Origin: an uncultured archaeon
GTDB lineage: Archaea > Asgardarchaeota > Thorarchaeia > Thorarchaeales > CAZPUN01
Length of the DNA stretch: 32,000 nt
Reading direction: 5' to 3'
Assembly: GCA_964589775.1 (NCBI GenBank)
Contig: CAZPUN010000018.1
Span: 1 to 32,000, forward strand
The translations under genes and the position numbers were made by a program. Each line of letters opens with the position of its first letter. Position 1 is the first letter of the stretch. Positions 1-10,134 of this stretch are shown here, in pieces. The notes beneath the pieces are model-generated. The model was given only the letters and a program-made list of their open reading frames with translations. It was not told where the DNA came from and did not search any database.

Positions 1-1227
1 AATATCAATTATCTTTTTAGCTATTTCTCTTTTGGGAGCCAAATCCAATTTTATTGAATCGTTTTTAGATACAACCACAACCTCATTAGTATCATATCCG
101 AATGCAGCTCCTTTTCGTAATGAATCATTACCCACTATCAGATCAATTCCGTATTTTTCAATACGCTCCCGACATCTTTGAATCAGTTCATCATCGGAAA
201 TACCTGTTTCAACTTTAAAACCAATTATCTTCAGATTAGGATATTTACTGCGCACTTCAGAAATTATCTTAGGAGTTGGCTGTAATTTCAAAGTTAATTG
301 CTCAACATCAGATTTTATTTTAGAATCTTCGGTTTTTATGGGTACAAAGTCACTAATAGCAGCTGCAGAGACAAAGATATCGTAAGGATTCTTTGCTAAA
401 TTATTCATTACCGCATTATACATATCATCAACAGTAATTACGTGCTCAACAGGGATATAAGAGGGAACGGAAATATTAGTTGGCCCAAGGATCAGTCGTA
501 CATTAGCGCCTCTAGCTACAAATTCTTTTGCAATTTCAACACCCATTTTTCCAGATGATGGATTTGTAATAAACCGTACGGGATCAATGTACGCGCGTGT
601 AGGACCTGCAGTAATTAGTACATTTTGCCCCTCAAGATCTTTCTCAGTGAGAGCTGCAATAACTGCCTCTACAATTTCATCCTGCTGAGCGATTTTTGCT
701 TTTCCTTCTTCAAATCTTGGACCAACGAAACGAACTCCGTATCTTTTTAATTTTTCAATGTTTTCTTTTACAATAGGATGATTATAAAGTGATGAATGCA
801 TGGCGGGAACTATAATAATCGGAATACCGGAACCAAACGCGGTACTCACAACGGTTGTAACAGGTGTATCATCAATTCCACATGCAATTTTACTTATGGT
901 ATTTGCAGTAGATGGCGCAACGAGAATTAGATCCACATGCTTTGCATGGTCACCCGCAAGGTTTACATGTTCAGTTTGCCCGGTAAGCTTCGTAGTTACG
1001 GGATTTCCAGTTGCCCAGCCTAGTAGGTCTGGACCAATTAATTCCTGAGCTGCAGCAGTCATAACAACATATACATCTGCACCATGACGAATCAGTTCAC
1101 GTGCAAGCTGAGGAGTTTCTACAGAAGCTACACTTCCAGTGATACATAATGCAATTTTTTTCCCAGAAAGCAAATTACTTTTAGTACCCATAATTCGTTT
1201 TGAAGCATAACCATCCCAAAATGTCAA
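1..1227 (-). CDS. coaBC: Bifunctional phosphopantothenoylcysteine decarboxylase/synthetase (CoaBC/Dfp), 3' end truncated by the window edge
   Basis: Not in the ORF track; translated by hand from TTG at 1227, immediately after the panE stop: MTFWDG...KKIALCITGSVAS...ARELIRHGADV...EHV...LVAPSTANTISKIACGIDDT...PAMH...VLITAGPTRAYIDPVRFITNPSSGKMG...SAAAISDF...IGFKVET. The frame is open to position 1. Confidence 0.95.
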   Translation of the reverse strand, partial: MTFWDGYASKRIMGTKSNLLSGKKIALCITGSVASVETPQLARELIRHGADVYVVMTAAAQELIGPDLLGWATGNPVTTKLTGQTEHVNLAGDHAKHVDLILVAPSTANTISKIACGIDDTPVTTVVSTAFGSGIPIIIVPAMHSSLYNHPIVKENIEKLKRYGVRFVGPRFEEGKAKIAQQDEIVEAVIAALTEKDLEGQNVLITAGPTRAYIDPVRFITNPSSGKMGVEIAKEFVARGANVRLILGPTNISVPSYIPVEHVITVDDMYNAVMNNLAKNPYDIFVSAAAISDFVPIKTEDSKIKSDVEQLTLKLQPTPKIISEVRSKYPNLKIIGFKVETGISDDELIQRCRERIEKYGIDLIVGNDSLRKGAAFGYDTNEVVVVSKNDSIKLDLAPKREIAKKIIDI

Positions 1228-2208
1228 TTAGAATCCCTCTTTGTATGCCAATTGTTCTGTACGGATCAAATCAACAACGGATGCTTTTGAAGGTAAATAG
1301 CTTCGTTCTTTAGCCTTGATTAAAGTTGTTAGAATACGATTAATAGGCGCATCTATACCAAATTTCTGTCCAATATTTACAATTGCACCATTAATGAAAT
1401 CAATTTCTGTCGGTTTTCCAGCCTCTATATCTTGCAACATAGAACTTTTATTATTTCCTGTACGTTTTAGAGTTCCCAAAACATATCGAATAGGCTCATT
1501 AGTTGGCAGGTCAATTCGGACAGCACGAGCAACTTGTAATGATTCTTTGATTACATCCAGCATAAGATGACGGATGGATTTGTTAGAATACAGTTCGCCA
1601 TTTCGCAAATGAGTTAGAGCTGATATTGGATTTATGGCTGCATTTGCAATAGCTTTGAGCCATACAGTACCGAGTACGTTATCACTCCAGCGCATTTCAA
1701 ATCCTGCATTTCTGAAAATATCGACAATTCTGGTACCAAATTCAATCATTTCCGGAAAATTACTTCCAATCTCGGTATTTCCTTTTCCGGTCCAACGTAC
1801 AATACCGGGAGACTCTATCATTGCGCCATTACAAGTAATTGCGCGTAAAACTTTATTGCTATTTAAAAGTTCGCTAACGAGGTCTTCATTACCCAATCCA
1901 TTTTGCAATACAATTATTGGAACATTGGAAAAATGCCTAAGAGATTTTACAGCTTCAGAAATACTGTAAGCTTTCGTTGTTAATAATATAAAATCAGGAA
2001 CTTCTACTTCATCAATACTTATATGCGGAATAGGATGCGATATTACTTCATCATCACCAATCTGTATTTTTAAACCATTTTTTGCTATCGCATCCATATG
2101 GTGGGGTCTACCGACTAAATGAACGTTCTGGCCGGAATATGCCAACATTCCACCATATAGCGAGCCGATAGCACCCGCACCGAATATTAAGATGTTCATC
2201 AAGCTCAC
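1228..2208 (-). CDS. panE: Ketopantoate reductase (PanE/ApbA)
   Basis: Rossmann GAGAIG, TTKAY, LQNGLG, WLKAIANAAINP, SSMLQD...TEIDFING; lies in a CoA operon. Confidence 0.95.
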   Translation of the reverse strand: MSLMNILIFGAGAIGSLYGGMLAYSGQNVHLVGRPHHMDAIAKNGLKIQIGDDEVISHPIPHISIDEVEVPDFILLTTKAYSISEAVKSLRHFSNVPIIVLQNGLGNEDLVSELLNSNKVLRAITCNGAMIESPGIVRWTGKGNTEIGSNFPEMIEFGTRIVDIFRNAGFEMRWSDNVLGTVWLKAIANAAINPISALTHLRNGELYSNKSIRHLMLDVIKESLQVARAVRIDLPTNEPIRYVLGTLKRTGNNKSSMLQDIEAGKPTEIDFINGAIVNIGQKFGIDAPINRILTTLIKAKERSYLPSKASVVDLIRTEQLAYKEGF

Positions 2209-2999
2209 TCCATCTTTATGAACTGTCCTTTCTTAGACAGTTCTTGTAATCTCTTCGACATGTAACTTAGTGCACGAGAAAGTATTTTACTATTATTATA
2301 ATTACCAAGTATCTGTTTGAGTTCATCAGGGGTCTTATTTTTGAATTCATGCACGATACTTATGAGATTTGGCATAACGCGTATCAAGTTATCAACAATT
2401 GTGATATCAGCCCATTGTGCAGTTCGGCTCATTGGATTTAAGTCAATAGTAATTACCTTCTTGCCTAATTTTTTTAATGCTTCAGTTCGATCGCCATCTT
2501 CTAAGGGCACAACAACCACGTCGGCTTTTGCGATACCCTCAGAATCCACACGACGACGCCAACTTTCAAGCCCGGGCAATTCAACTAGCGGTCGTCCTGA
2601 AACGCCATATACTTCTGTTGCACCTGCAGAAAGTAAGGCATTTTTAATCGCATCTTCACGTTCTTTACGATAATAGAATAGGTTAATCTCTAGAGGTGCA
2701 GGAATTAATTTTCCAAGCTGTACTACTTCATTAGGCACTAATGCTGCAACGTTACCATTCACACTAATTACAGGATGTTTAGCTAATAGTAGCATAGCTA
2801 TCGCTGCATGACATGAATCCAACGCAAAATCAGTGGTTTTCTCTCCGATCAGATAATCAAATGCTTCACCACGACCATGTGCAAATAAGCCGGCAGTCGC
2901 AACAATATTACGTTCAAATCCATCAATTAGCTTCTCGCGTATTTCGAGGGATTTCTTTCTAGGATGACTATCAGGGATCAAGGATTTATCAAACTTCAT
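2205..2999 (-). CDS. pps: Archaeal 4-phosphopantoate--beta-alanine ligase (phosphopantothenate synthetase)
   Basis: IPDSHPR..SL..RE, AHGRGEAFDYLIGE, VISVNGN, VPLEDGDR, IDLNPMSRT. Start moved from 3017 to the ATG at 2999, which overlaps the pok stop (ATGA). Confidence 0.93.
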   Translation of the reverse strand: MKFDKSLIPDSHPRKKSLEIREKLIDGFERNIVATAGLFAHGRGEAFDYLIGEKTTDFALDSCHAAIAMLLLAKHPVISVNGNVAALVPNEVVQLGKLIPAPLEINLFYYRKEREDAIKNALLSAGATEVYGVSGRPLVELPGLESWRRRVDSEGIAKADVVVVPLEDGDRTEALKKLGKKVITIDLNPMSRTAQWADITIVDNLIRVMPNLISIVHEFKNKTPDELKQILGNYNNSKILSRALSYMSKRLQELSKKGQFIKME

Positions 3000-3898
3000 A
3001 TCAGATGAGCTCCACAAACGTCAATTTCAGATATTCCATGCGTAAAATCTGGAAAATTATTTTTAAGAAATTCTAATTCGCGCAATGCCTCAGACTTTGG
3101 AAGGACCGAAAAAATTGAATGCCCTAACATAATCATACTACTATTTTTGAATCCTTCCTTTTTCAACAGATCTAGAATCTCAACAATTTCATCGGGCATT
3201 AATCCGGATTCTCTTGCAAACTCATATGAAAGTTCCATAAAATTATCAATTGATGGATTCTTTAGAATTTCGTCGATTTTCTTAAGCCCCGCTTTGTTTA
3301 TTTCATTACGAAAAACAGGATCGCTTAAGACCGAACTTGTTTTCATACCACTTTTAGAAATAAACACAACACGCTTATTTGGACTTATCAAATACTTGTT
3401 CACATGACCAATCCCTGGGGCCCCGTGCTTAATACGAACTTCTAAACTCCCGGTGACTTGTGCAATTACATCGCCAAGCCCTGTACGATTTTGAACTTCA
3501 GCACGATGTGCATATTGAGCCGCTTCATTAATTGTAATAGGTATATCCGCCGCAGAAAAAATGCCCATAGCAACACCTAATGCACCAGCGCCAGATGCAC
3601 CCAATCCAGCTTCATTAGGTATATCTGAATATTGCGAAATATGAATATCTATACCTTCAAGGGGTATTTCCTGCATAATCATTTGTGCGGTATCGAAACT
3701 AACTTGAGGAAAAACATCATATGGCGTATCAAAAATAATTTTTCCATTACCCTCTTGAAGATTAATTTCTGTTGTAATACCGAGTCTCAAGTTAATTCCA
3801 GCACCTAATGAACCCTTTTTTAATGGATCTGCAGATGCATCACGAATAACAAAGAATCCTGTAATATGTGCAGGAACGAATACTCGAGACGAATTCAT
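2996..3898 (-). CDS. pok: Pantoate kinase (GHMP kinase family)
   Basis: PAHITGFF, GSLGAG, GHMP motif PNEAGLGASGA, AHRAEV...TGLGDV, GAPG; directly upstream of pps. Confidence 0.92.
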   Translation of the reverse strand: MNSSRVFVPAHITGFFVIRDASADPLKKGSLGAGINLRLGITTEINLQEGNGKIIFDTPYDVFPQVSFDTAQMIMQEIPLEGIDIHISQYSDIPNEAGLGASGAGALGVAMGIFSAADIPITINEAAQYAHRAEVQNRTGLGDVIAQVTGSLEVRIKHGAPGIGHVNKYLISPNKRVVFISKSGMKTSSVLSDPVFRNEINKAGLKKIDEILKNPSIDNFMELSYEFARESGLMPDEIVEILDLLKKEGFKNSSMIMLGHSIFSVLPKSEALRELEFLKNNFPDFTHGISEIDVCGAHLI

Positions 3899-4008
3899 AT
3901 AAATGCCTCACAAATTACTAACTGTTACTAAATACATTAAAACTGTATAATAAAAATAGCTCTAATTAACCAAACATTGTGAGAAAAGAAAACATTCATA
4001 AAAAAGAG

Positions 4009-4224
4009 CTATTTTGAAGTTACAGAAACTTCATCTAGAATTTGTTCAGCATCAGCCACCGCAAAATGAGAATCCAAATACACTACTAAAGTATGATCGT
4101 TATGATGTACAATTATGGGAAACGGATAACGCTTAACATTAGCAACTTTATCCTTGTCAATTTTGATATAAATTGTCTTTTTACAGACGGGACACATAAG
4201 CCAGATTAGATCCTCCATAGCCAT
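4009..4224 (-). CDS. Small putative Zn-binding protein (CxxC...HxxH)
   Basis: 71 aa: CPVC, then YPFPIIVHHNDHTLVVYLD. SD-like AGGTGG upstream; fills an otherwise empty gap. Confidence 0.7.
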   Translation of the reverse strand: MAMEDLIWLMCPVCKKTIYIKIDKDKVANVKRYPFPIIVHHNDHTLVVYLDSHFAVADAEQILDEVSVTSK

Positions 4225-4378
4225 ACTGTTAGACCACCTACATTTCGAAAGATTATCATCAAATATAATATATAAAGATTGTTAGTTATATCTATATAAT
4301 TCTAAGATATAACGTTATCGCAAATGGGATGCTTGAAAAATATATCACAAATACACTAATAAAGTTAGGGGAAAAAGA

Positions 4379-4810
4379 TTACTCGATAGCGAATAGATCC
4401 AAATCAAATGCAGGATCCTTCTTACGTTCGATAGTCTCTTTTGATTCGAGTATGAACAATTCCCCTGTAACTGATATGATGTTGCCTTCTAACAAATGCC
4501 CACCATATGTTTTTCCAGTTTTATCTGATACGTGTATATGTGCATGTACAAAAGGTTTACCATTTTTTAGAGAGATATTACCACTAACACCGGAGATTTC
4601 ACATGGCTCATTAATTTCATGGACTTCATACTTTCGACTTTCTTCATTAAAATAGCCGATTCGTGCCTTTGCCACAGCACCAATCATCCACAAGACTCCA
4701 GTTTTTATATCGTTGTCCAAAACGATCTTTGAAAGCGATTTATAAATATCATCGCCTTTTTCGAGCTTTGCTATTATCAGTCGATTTGGAGCACTAATTT
4801 TAACTTTCAT
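4379..4810 (-). CDS. PPC-domain (DUF296) protein
   Basis: LEKGDD, IGAV, EISGVSGNI, PFVHAHIHV, YGGHL, TGELFI motifs. Confidence 0.9.
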   Translation of the reverse strand: MKVKISAPNRLIIAKLEKGDDIYKSLSKIVLDNDIKTGVLWMIGAVAKARIGYFNEESRKYEVHEINEPCEISGVSGNISLKNGKPFVHAHIHVSDKTGKTYGGHLLEGNIISVTGELFILESKETIERKKDPAFDLDLFAIE

Positions 4811-4920
4811 TCGAACTCACCCGTATCACTTTTATAATACAATAAAATTTATCCTATTAAACCATTATGTAAATGTAAGAAATAAAAATATCTATCTCAA
4901 TACTACAGGTGGATAAAATT

Positions 4921-7674
4921 ATGCCAGAACAAACTTCATTATTTGATTTTATTGATGACGAAAAAAGTAAGGAAACACAAGAAGAGAAAAATAAAGAAAA
5001 ACCCGAAAAGAAAAAAGTTGAAGCTCCCAAGAACGATAAAGAAGATAAAAAACCACCTGTAGAGAAACCAAAACTAGAAGTAAAACAACCCCCAGAACCT
5101 GAAATAGTAAAGCATGAAAGTAGAAAACTCACACTAAAAATTCCAAAAAGAGAGCGTCCGTTTAATTTTCCTTCTGCAACACTTATTTCAGTAGATTATG
5201 ATGGACAGGCATCAAAAGCTTATGCACGACTCGTAGCAAAGAAGGGAAAACTCGTATTCTGGTATGATAATACAAATCATTTGCCATACTGTTATACAAA
5301 TCTTAATGAAGATATATTACGCTCTGAAAAACGAATAACCCAACATGAAGGGTTCGTAACAATTGAGCCGGTGGAGCTTACAGATTTACTAAAAGATAAG
5401 AAGATCCTTGTAAGTAAAGTAATTGCACGTGATCCTTTATCAATTGGTGGTAAAGCAAATTCATTAAGAGAAATTATAAAATCAATGGGCGGAAAAGCTT
5501 GGGAAGCTGCAGTTAGATATCGCAATTCATATGTTTATGATACAAACTTGATTTTAGGCATGCCGTATAAGATCGTGGAAGGAAACCTAATACCAGATTT
5601 TCCTGAGATTCCAGATGATATTAGAAAAGCTTTGTATGAACGTTTTAAAAATGAAAGCCCAGAGATGATGAAACTAATCGATGAATATATTCCATTATTT
5701 TTCGCACCAGCTCAGGATTTAAAACGTGTAGCATTAGATATTGAAGTTTATACTCCAAAACATAACGTTGTTCCGGATGCAAATAGAGGAGAACAACCAA
5801 TTACTGCAGTCGGTCTTTCGGCAAATGATGGCATGAATCGGATTCTTGTATTAAAACGCCATGATGTGCCTCTAGGCACTAAAAATGAATTACCAGATAA
5901 TGTAAAAATAGAATTCTATGAGCGTGAAGATGATTTACTTATGGAAGTTTTTAATGTAATAAATGAGTACCCAATTGTACTGACTTTCGTTGGCGATGCT
6001 TTTGACTTGAAATATATATATAATCGCGCACAAAACTTAGGAATTCCAAGGGATCTAATACCTATACAGATGAGCCACGATAATGAAATGGCGCTTTTGA
6101 AACATGGAGTTCACATAGACCTTTACAAATTCTTTAAGAACCCATCTCTTAGAATATATGCATTTTCAGGTGCATACGATCAAACAAATCTTGAAACAAT
6201 TGCACAAGGATTACTAAAAGAAGGAAAAATCGAACTCGATAAAGAAATTTCACAATTAAGCTTGTATGACCTTGCGCATTATTGCTGGCAAGATGCAAAT
6301 CTAACACTACGACTCACACAGTATGATGATAACTTAGTAATCAAATTAATGATGTTGTTCATACGAATTTCAAAACTATCTTTAGAAGACATGACACGCC
6401 AAGGGATTTCTTCATGGATTAAAAGCCTATTCAGATATGAACATAGAAAGCGAAAATATCTGATTCCAAATCAAGAAGATATCAACGAAATGAAGGGTAT
6501 TAGCGAAACTTCCGCTATGATTAAAGGAAAGAAATTCAAAGGAGCCATCGTCGTCCAACCAAAAGCAGGCATACATTTTAATACGGTTGTATTGGACTTT
6601 GCAAGTCTGTACCCTTCGATCATAAAAACATATAATTTGAGCTATGAAACTGTAAGATGCCCTCACAATGAATGCCGTAGCAATAAAGTACCAGATACAA
6701 ATCACTGGGTTTGCACGAAGAAAAAAGGCATTATTAGCTTGGTTGTAGGCCTTTTCAGAGATATACGAGTAAAATGGTTTAAGCCCATGTCTAAAAACAA
6801 AGCACTCCCCGAAGATGTTCGGAGCTGGTACGATGTTGTTCAACGTGCATTGAAAGTATTTGTAAATGCATCATATGGAGTCATGGGCGCTGAACACTTT
6901 GAATTATACTGCCCACCAATGGCAGAATCAGTTACGGCAATTGGTAGATATGCCATCAAAAAAACAATAGAAAAATCAGAATCAATGGGCGTTTCAGTAC
7001 TCTATGGGGATACAGATTCAGTTTTTCTTGAGAATCCTACAAAAGAACAAATAGAAGAATTGATCAAATGGAGTGAAAAGGAACTAGGTATTGAACTCGA
7101 TGTGGATAAAGTCTACAGATATGTTGCATTGTCTGGAAGAAAGAAGAACTACTTTGGCGTTTTTGAAAATGGAAAGGTTGACATAAAGGGATTAACCGGT
7201 AAGAAGAGCAATACACCACCTATAATTCAAAAAGCATTTTACAAAATGCTAGAAATTCTTAGCAAAGTCGATACAGAAGAAGATTTCGAGAAAGCTCGAG
7301 ATGCCATTAAAAATATTGTTCTTGACTTTAAACATAGGCTGGAAAGCGGAGATTACGACATCAATGAACTTGCTTTTAGAATACAAATGACAAAATCACT
7401 GGACAGATACTCAAAAGTTAAACCGCAACATGTTAAAGCTGCTGAGATTTTACAAGAGAAAAAAGGCGTCAAAATAGAACGCGGACAGATAATTGAATTT
7501 ATAAAGGTAAGAGGTAAAGAGGGCGTCATGCCTGTAGAACTGGCGCAAAAGTCTCAAGTAGACATAGACAAATATATGGATACACTCAGATCCACTTTCG
7601 AACAAGTATTGGATGCACTAGGCTTAGACTATGATGAAATCATGGGAAGAACAACATTAGACCAGTTCTTATAG
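4921..7674 (+). CDS. polB1: Family B DNA polymerase, B1 type
   Basis: Exonuclease motifs DIEVY, GDAFDLKY, YCWQDA; polymerase motifs DFASLYPSII, QRALKVFVNASYG, YGDTDS, KKNY. The N-terminal QTSLFDF and YDNTNHLPY resemble PolB1. Start at ATG 4921 or GTG 4909. Confidence 0.93.
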   Translation: MPEQTSLFDFIDDEKSKETQEEKNKEKPEKKKVEAPKNDKEDKKPPVEKPKLEVKQPPEPEIVKHESRKLTLKIPKRERPFNFPSATLISVDYDGQASKAYARLVAKKGKLVFWYDNTNHLPYCYTNLNEDILRSEKRITQHEGFVTIEPVELTDLLKDKKILVSKVIARDPLSIGGKANSLREIIKSMGGKAWEAAVRYRNSYVYDTNLILGMPYKIVEGNLIPDFPEIPDDIRKALYERFKNESPEMMKLIDEYIPLFFAPAQDLKRVALDIEVYTPKHNVVPDANRGEQPITAVGLSANDGMNRILVLKRHDVPLGTKNELPDNVKIEFYEREDDLLMEVFNVINEYPIVLTFVGDAFDLKYIYNRAQNLGIPRDLIPIQMSHDNEMALLKHGVHIDLYKFFKNPSLRIYAFSGAYDQTNLETIAQGLLKEGKIELDKEISQLSLYDLAHYCWQDANLTLRLTQYDDNLVIKLMMLFIRISKLSLEDMTRQGISSWIKSLFRYEHRKRKYLIPNQEDINEMKGISETSAMIKGKKFKGAIVVQPKAGIHFNTVVLDFASLYPSIIKTYNLSYETVRCPHNECRSNKVPDTNHWVCTKKKGIISLVVGLFRDIRVKWFKPMSKNKALPEDVRSWYDVVQRALKVFVNASYGVMGAEHFELYCPPMAESVTAIGRYAIKKTIEKSESMGVSVLYGDTDSVFLENPTKEQIEELIKWSEKELGIELDVDKVYRYVALSGRKKNYFGVFENGKVDIKGLTGKKSNTPPIIQKAFYKMLEILSKVDTEEDFEKARDAIKNIVLDFKHRLESGDYDINELAFRIQMTKSLDRYSKVKPQHVKAAEILQEKKGVKIERGQIIEFIKVRGKEGVMPVELAQKSQVDIDKYMDTLRSTFEQVLDALGLDYDEIMGRTTLDQFL

Positions 7675-7747
7675 TTTCGATTCAGATAGGAAATGTTATT
7701 AATGACTAATAGCAAATATAATACTAGGGAATTAAGAAGGGATAACC

Positions 7748-8083
7748 ATGGAACAAGAATGGATAAGTAGAATCGAAAAAATAATAGGCGGTTTTCCCGA
7801 ACCACATAAGGAGATCGTAAGGGGACTATGGAACAAGTGGTTAAAGTTAAATCCAACACCAATTTACTTTGAAAGCTGGGATAAATTCATTGAAAAGAAT
7901 TATACTCCAGACCCTCTATATGATGAGGTAATGATTTTCATAAAGCGCATTAGTAATGAACTTAAAGAACTAGAATTTCCACCGAAAGGTTGGCAGAAAG
8001 TTACAAAAGTGCTAGCAACAGCTACCGGAGCATTAGTCGTAGGGGTTATGATTCTATCAAGAATATTAAGAGCAACAGAATAA
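7748..8083 (+). CDS. Hypothetical protein, Trp-rich helical domain with C-terminal hydrophobic helix
   Basis: 111 aa, ATG with AAGGGA upstream; C-terminal VLATATGALVVGVMILSRIL. Confidence 0.75.
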   Translation: MEQEWISRIEKIIGGFPEPHKEIVRGLWNKWLKLNPTPIYFESWDKFIEKNYTPDPLYDEVMIFIKRISNELKELEFPPKGWQKVTKVLATATGALVVGVMILSRILRATE

Positions 8084-8098
8084 AGCACCTTCTTTTTT

Positions 8099-8121
8099 AA
8101 ATTCAGATTTTTTCTGAATTT
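8099..8121. repeat. Perfect 9-bp inverted repeat (terminator or operator)
   Basis: AAATTCAGA-TTTTT-TCTGAATTT, just after a T-tract following ORF 7748-8083. Confidence 0.5.
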
Positions 8122-8185
8122 CCACCATAATAGTTGTACTAATATACAAATATACATTTTTTATTCATGAAACGAGGCAGATAAA

Positions 8186-9691
8186 ATGAGAATTTGTGAT
8201 ATACTACCAGAAGGTCTCAGAGAAGAAATAGAAAAAGCTGCAGAGATCATTAAAGGTTCAGAACACGTTCTGATTGTATCACATATTGATACTGATGGGA
8301 TTACATCACTTGCAATTCTTATCAGAGCATTGGAACGCGCATTAATAAACCCCACGTGGATGAATCTAAAACAATTAAATGCACAGACCTTGAATCAAGT
8401 TCTTGACATATTATCGCGTAATAATTATGATACATTAATTTTCTCGGATATGGGTACCGGACAGATTATAGAGGTTCTAAGAGCTTTAAAACCAGGAATG
8501 ATCAATAATCTAATAGTCATAGACCATCATTTGGCACCTCACAATATCTCACTTTCTAGAGAATATGCAGATAGCTTGAATATTACACTAACACACGTTA
8601 ATCCACTACTTTTCGGCTTGAATGGTAGTAAAGATGTATCAAGTTCAGGTATTGCATTTTTAGTAGCAATTTGTTTGAATGAAAACAATTACGATCTTGC
8701 AGATCTTGCAATTATTGGCGCAACTGGCGATATGCAATATTACTACGGCAAGGGATATACTGGAATAAATGGCGAAATAATCAAATTAGGCGAAGAAATG
8801 GGAATATTAAGGCTCGAAAAAGATCTTACATTCTATGGCAGAGAAACACGAATCTTACCTATTCTTTTAGAATACGCTACAGATCCATTTCTACCAGGAC
8901 TTACAGGAAACCGTGATGAATGTATTAATTTTCTAAATTATGTTGGAATTGAATTAAAAGATGGAGAGAAATGGCGTACGTGGAGAGATCTTGAATCAGA
9001 AGAAAAAGCTGCCCTGATAGAAGCAATAATCGAACATTTAATTACAAATAGTAATGAGCAAAATATCCAAATCATTGGAGATTGTGTATCACTATTAAAT
9101 TGGCCTGAAGGAACTGAATTACATGACGCAAAGGAATTCTCGACCTTGCTAAATGCATGTGGTAGAAATGGAAAACCAGAAATCGGTGTAAAAATTTGTC
9201 TCAGGGATAGCGAAGCATACCAAAAGGGTTTGTATTTATTACAAACACACAGAGCGAACCTTGCAGCCGCATTGTCAAAAATACAAGAAAAAGGCGTCGA
9301 AGACCGTGGAAACTTCTACATTTTTGAAGATAATGAGATTTCAGAAACTATAATTGGTATTGTTATTGGTATGGCAATCGGTTCGCGGCTTATACCAATC
9401 GATAAGCCTGTTTTTGGAATTACACGAAGTAAAGAAGAATCAAAAAACCTAGCAAAAATATCTGGCAGACTTGGAAAAAACTTGCTATCAAAGGGTATCA
9501 ATTTGAAAGAAGCTCTACAATATGCACAAAATGAACTGAATTCAGAAGTGGGAAGAGTTGTTGCAGAATCCGGAGGACATCCCATGGCGGCGGGAGCTTT
9601 TGTGGAATTTGAATTCTTAGACGACTTTTTAGCATTTTTAGATCTAGCAATAGCAGAACAAATAGCAAAAAAGAAAAAGAGTAAAAGATGA
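8186..9691 (+). CDS. DHH/DHHA1 RecJ-like nuclease, GAN/Cdc45 type
   Basis: SHIDTDG, FSDMGTG, IDHH, HVNP..FG.NG..DVSSSG, GATGDMQ, DAKEFSTLLNACGR, SGGHPMAAG. Confidence 0.88.
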   Translation: MRICDILPEGLREEIEKAAEIIKGSEHVLIVSHIDTDGITSLAILIRALERALINPTWMNLKQLNAQTLNQVLDILSRNNYDTLIFSDMGTGQIIEVLRALKPGMINNLIVIDHHLAPHNISLSREYADSLNITLTHVNPLLFGLNGSKDVSSSGIAFLVAICLNENNYDLADLAIIGATGDMQYYYGKGYTGINGEIIKLGEEMGILRLEKDLTFYGRETRILPILLEYATDPFLPGLTGNRDECINFLNYVGIELKDGEKWRTWRDLESEEKAALIEAIIEHLITNSNEQNIQIIGDCVSLLNWPEGTELHDAKEFSTLLNACGRNGKPEIGVKICLRDSEAYQKGLYLLQTHRANLAAALSKIQEKGVEDRGNFYIFEDNEISETIIGIVIGMAIGSRLIPIDKPVFGITRSKEESKNLAKISGRLGKNLLSKGINLKEALQYAQNELNSEVGRVVAESGGHPMAAGAFVEFEFLDDFLAFLDLAIAEQIAKKKKSKR

Positions 9692-9693
9692 AA

Positions 9694-10134
9694 TTAATCT
9701 GCAGTTAATGATGCACCAATTGCACCAGGAATAAATACTGAACCAAATGCAGCTCCGAGGTCTATTGCCATATTCTTAGCTAGACCAGTCCAAGTAGATG
9801 GATCTGCTCCAGAAATTAATGCAATACCAACAAAGTAAATTGCAATGACAAATATCGAAGCAAAGAACATTCTGACCCCACTCTTAGAAATAAGACCGCC
9901 AATAAATCCACCTGCTGCAAGTGCAATTATTGGGCCATATACCGGAGTAGCTGCAGTTGCAGAGCTATATGGTGTCAATAAAAAGTAAAACACCAAGAAT
10001 CCTAAACCTTTTAATGCATTAGTATCTCCAACGATAGTTTGTAACTGAGATATAGTCAATCCAAATGCTTGGAATACGACAATTACTATAGAAACAATCA
10101 ATACAAATAATGTTGCCATTATTGTTCTAAACAT
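9694..10134 (-). CDS. Integral membrane protein (4-5 predicted TM helices), unknown function
   Basis: Several long hydrophobic segments with GxxxG motifs; SD AGGAGAGA upstream. Confidence 0.8.
   Translation of the reverse strand: MFRTIMATLFVLIVSIVIVVFQAFGLTISQLQTIVGDTNALKGLGFLVFYFLLTPYSSATAATPVYGPIIALAAGGFIGGLISKSGVRMFFASIFVIAIYFVGIALISGADPSTWTGLAKNMAIDLGAAFGSVFIPGAIGASLTAD

Noticed and set aside
690-730. CoaBC lacks the bacterial LACG..GxG catalytic Cys motif
   Set aside because: GPRFEEGKAK is the usual archaeal Dfp form, so this is not evidence of a pseudogene.
4954-5120. A-rich repetitive stretch at the start of polB1
   Set aside because: Explained by Lys/Glu codons of a low-complexity linker; it is not a DNA repeat element.
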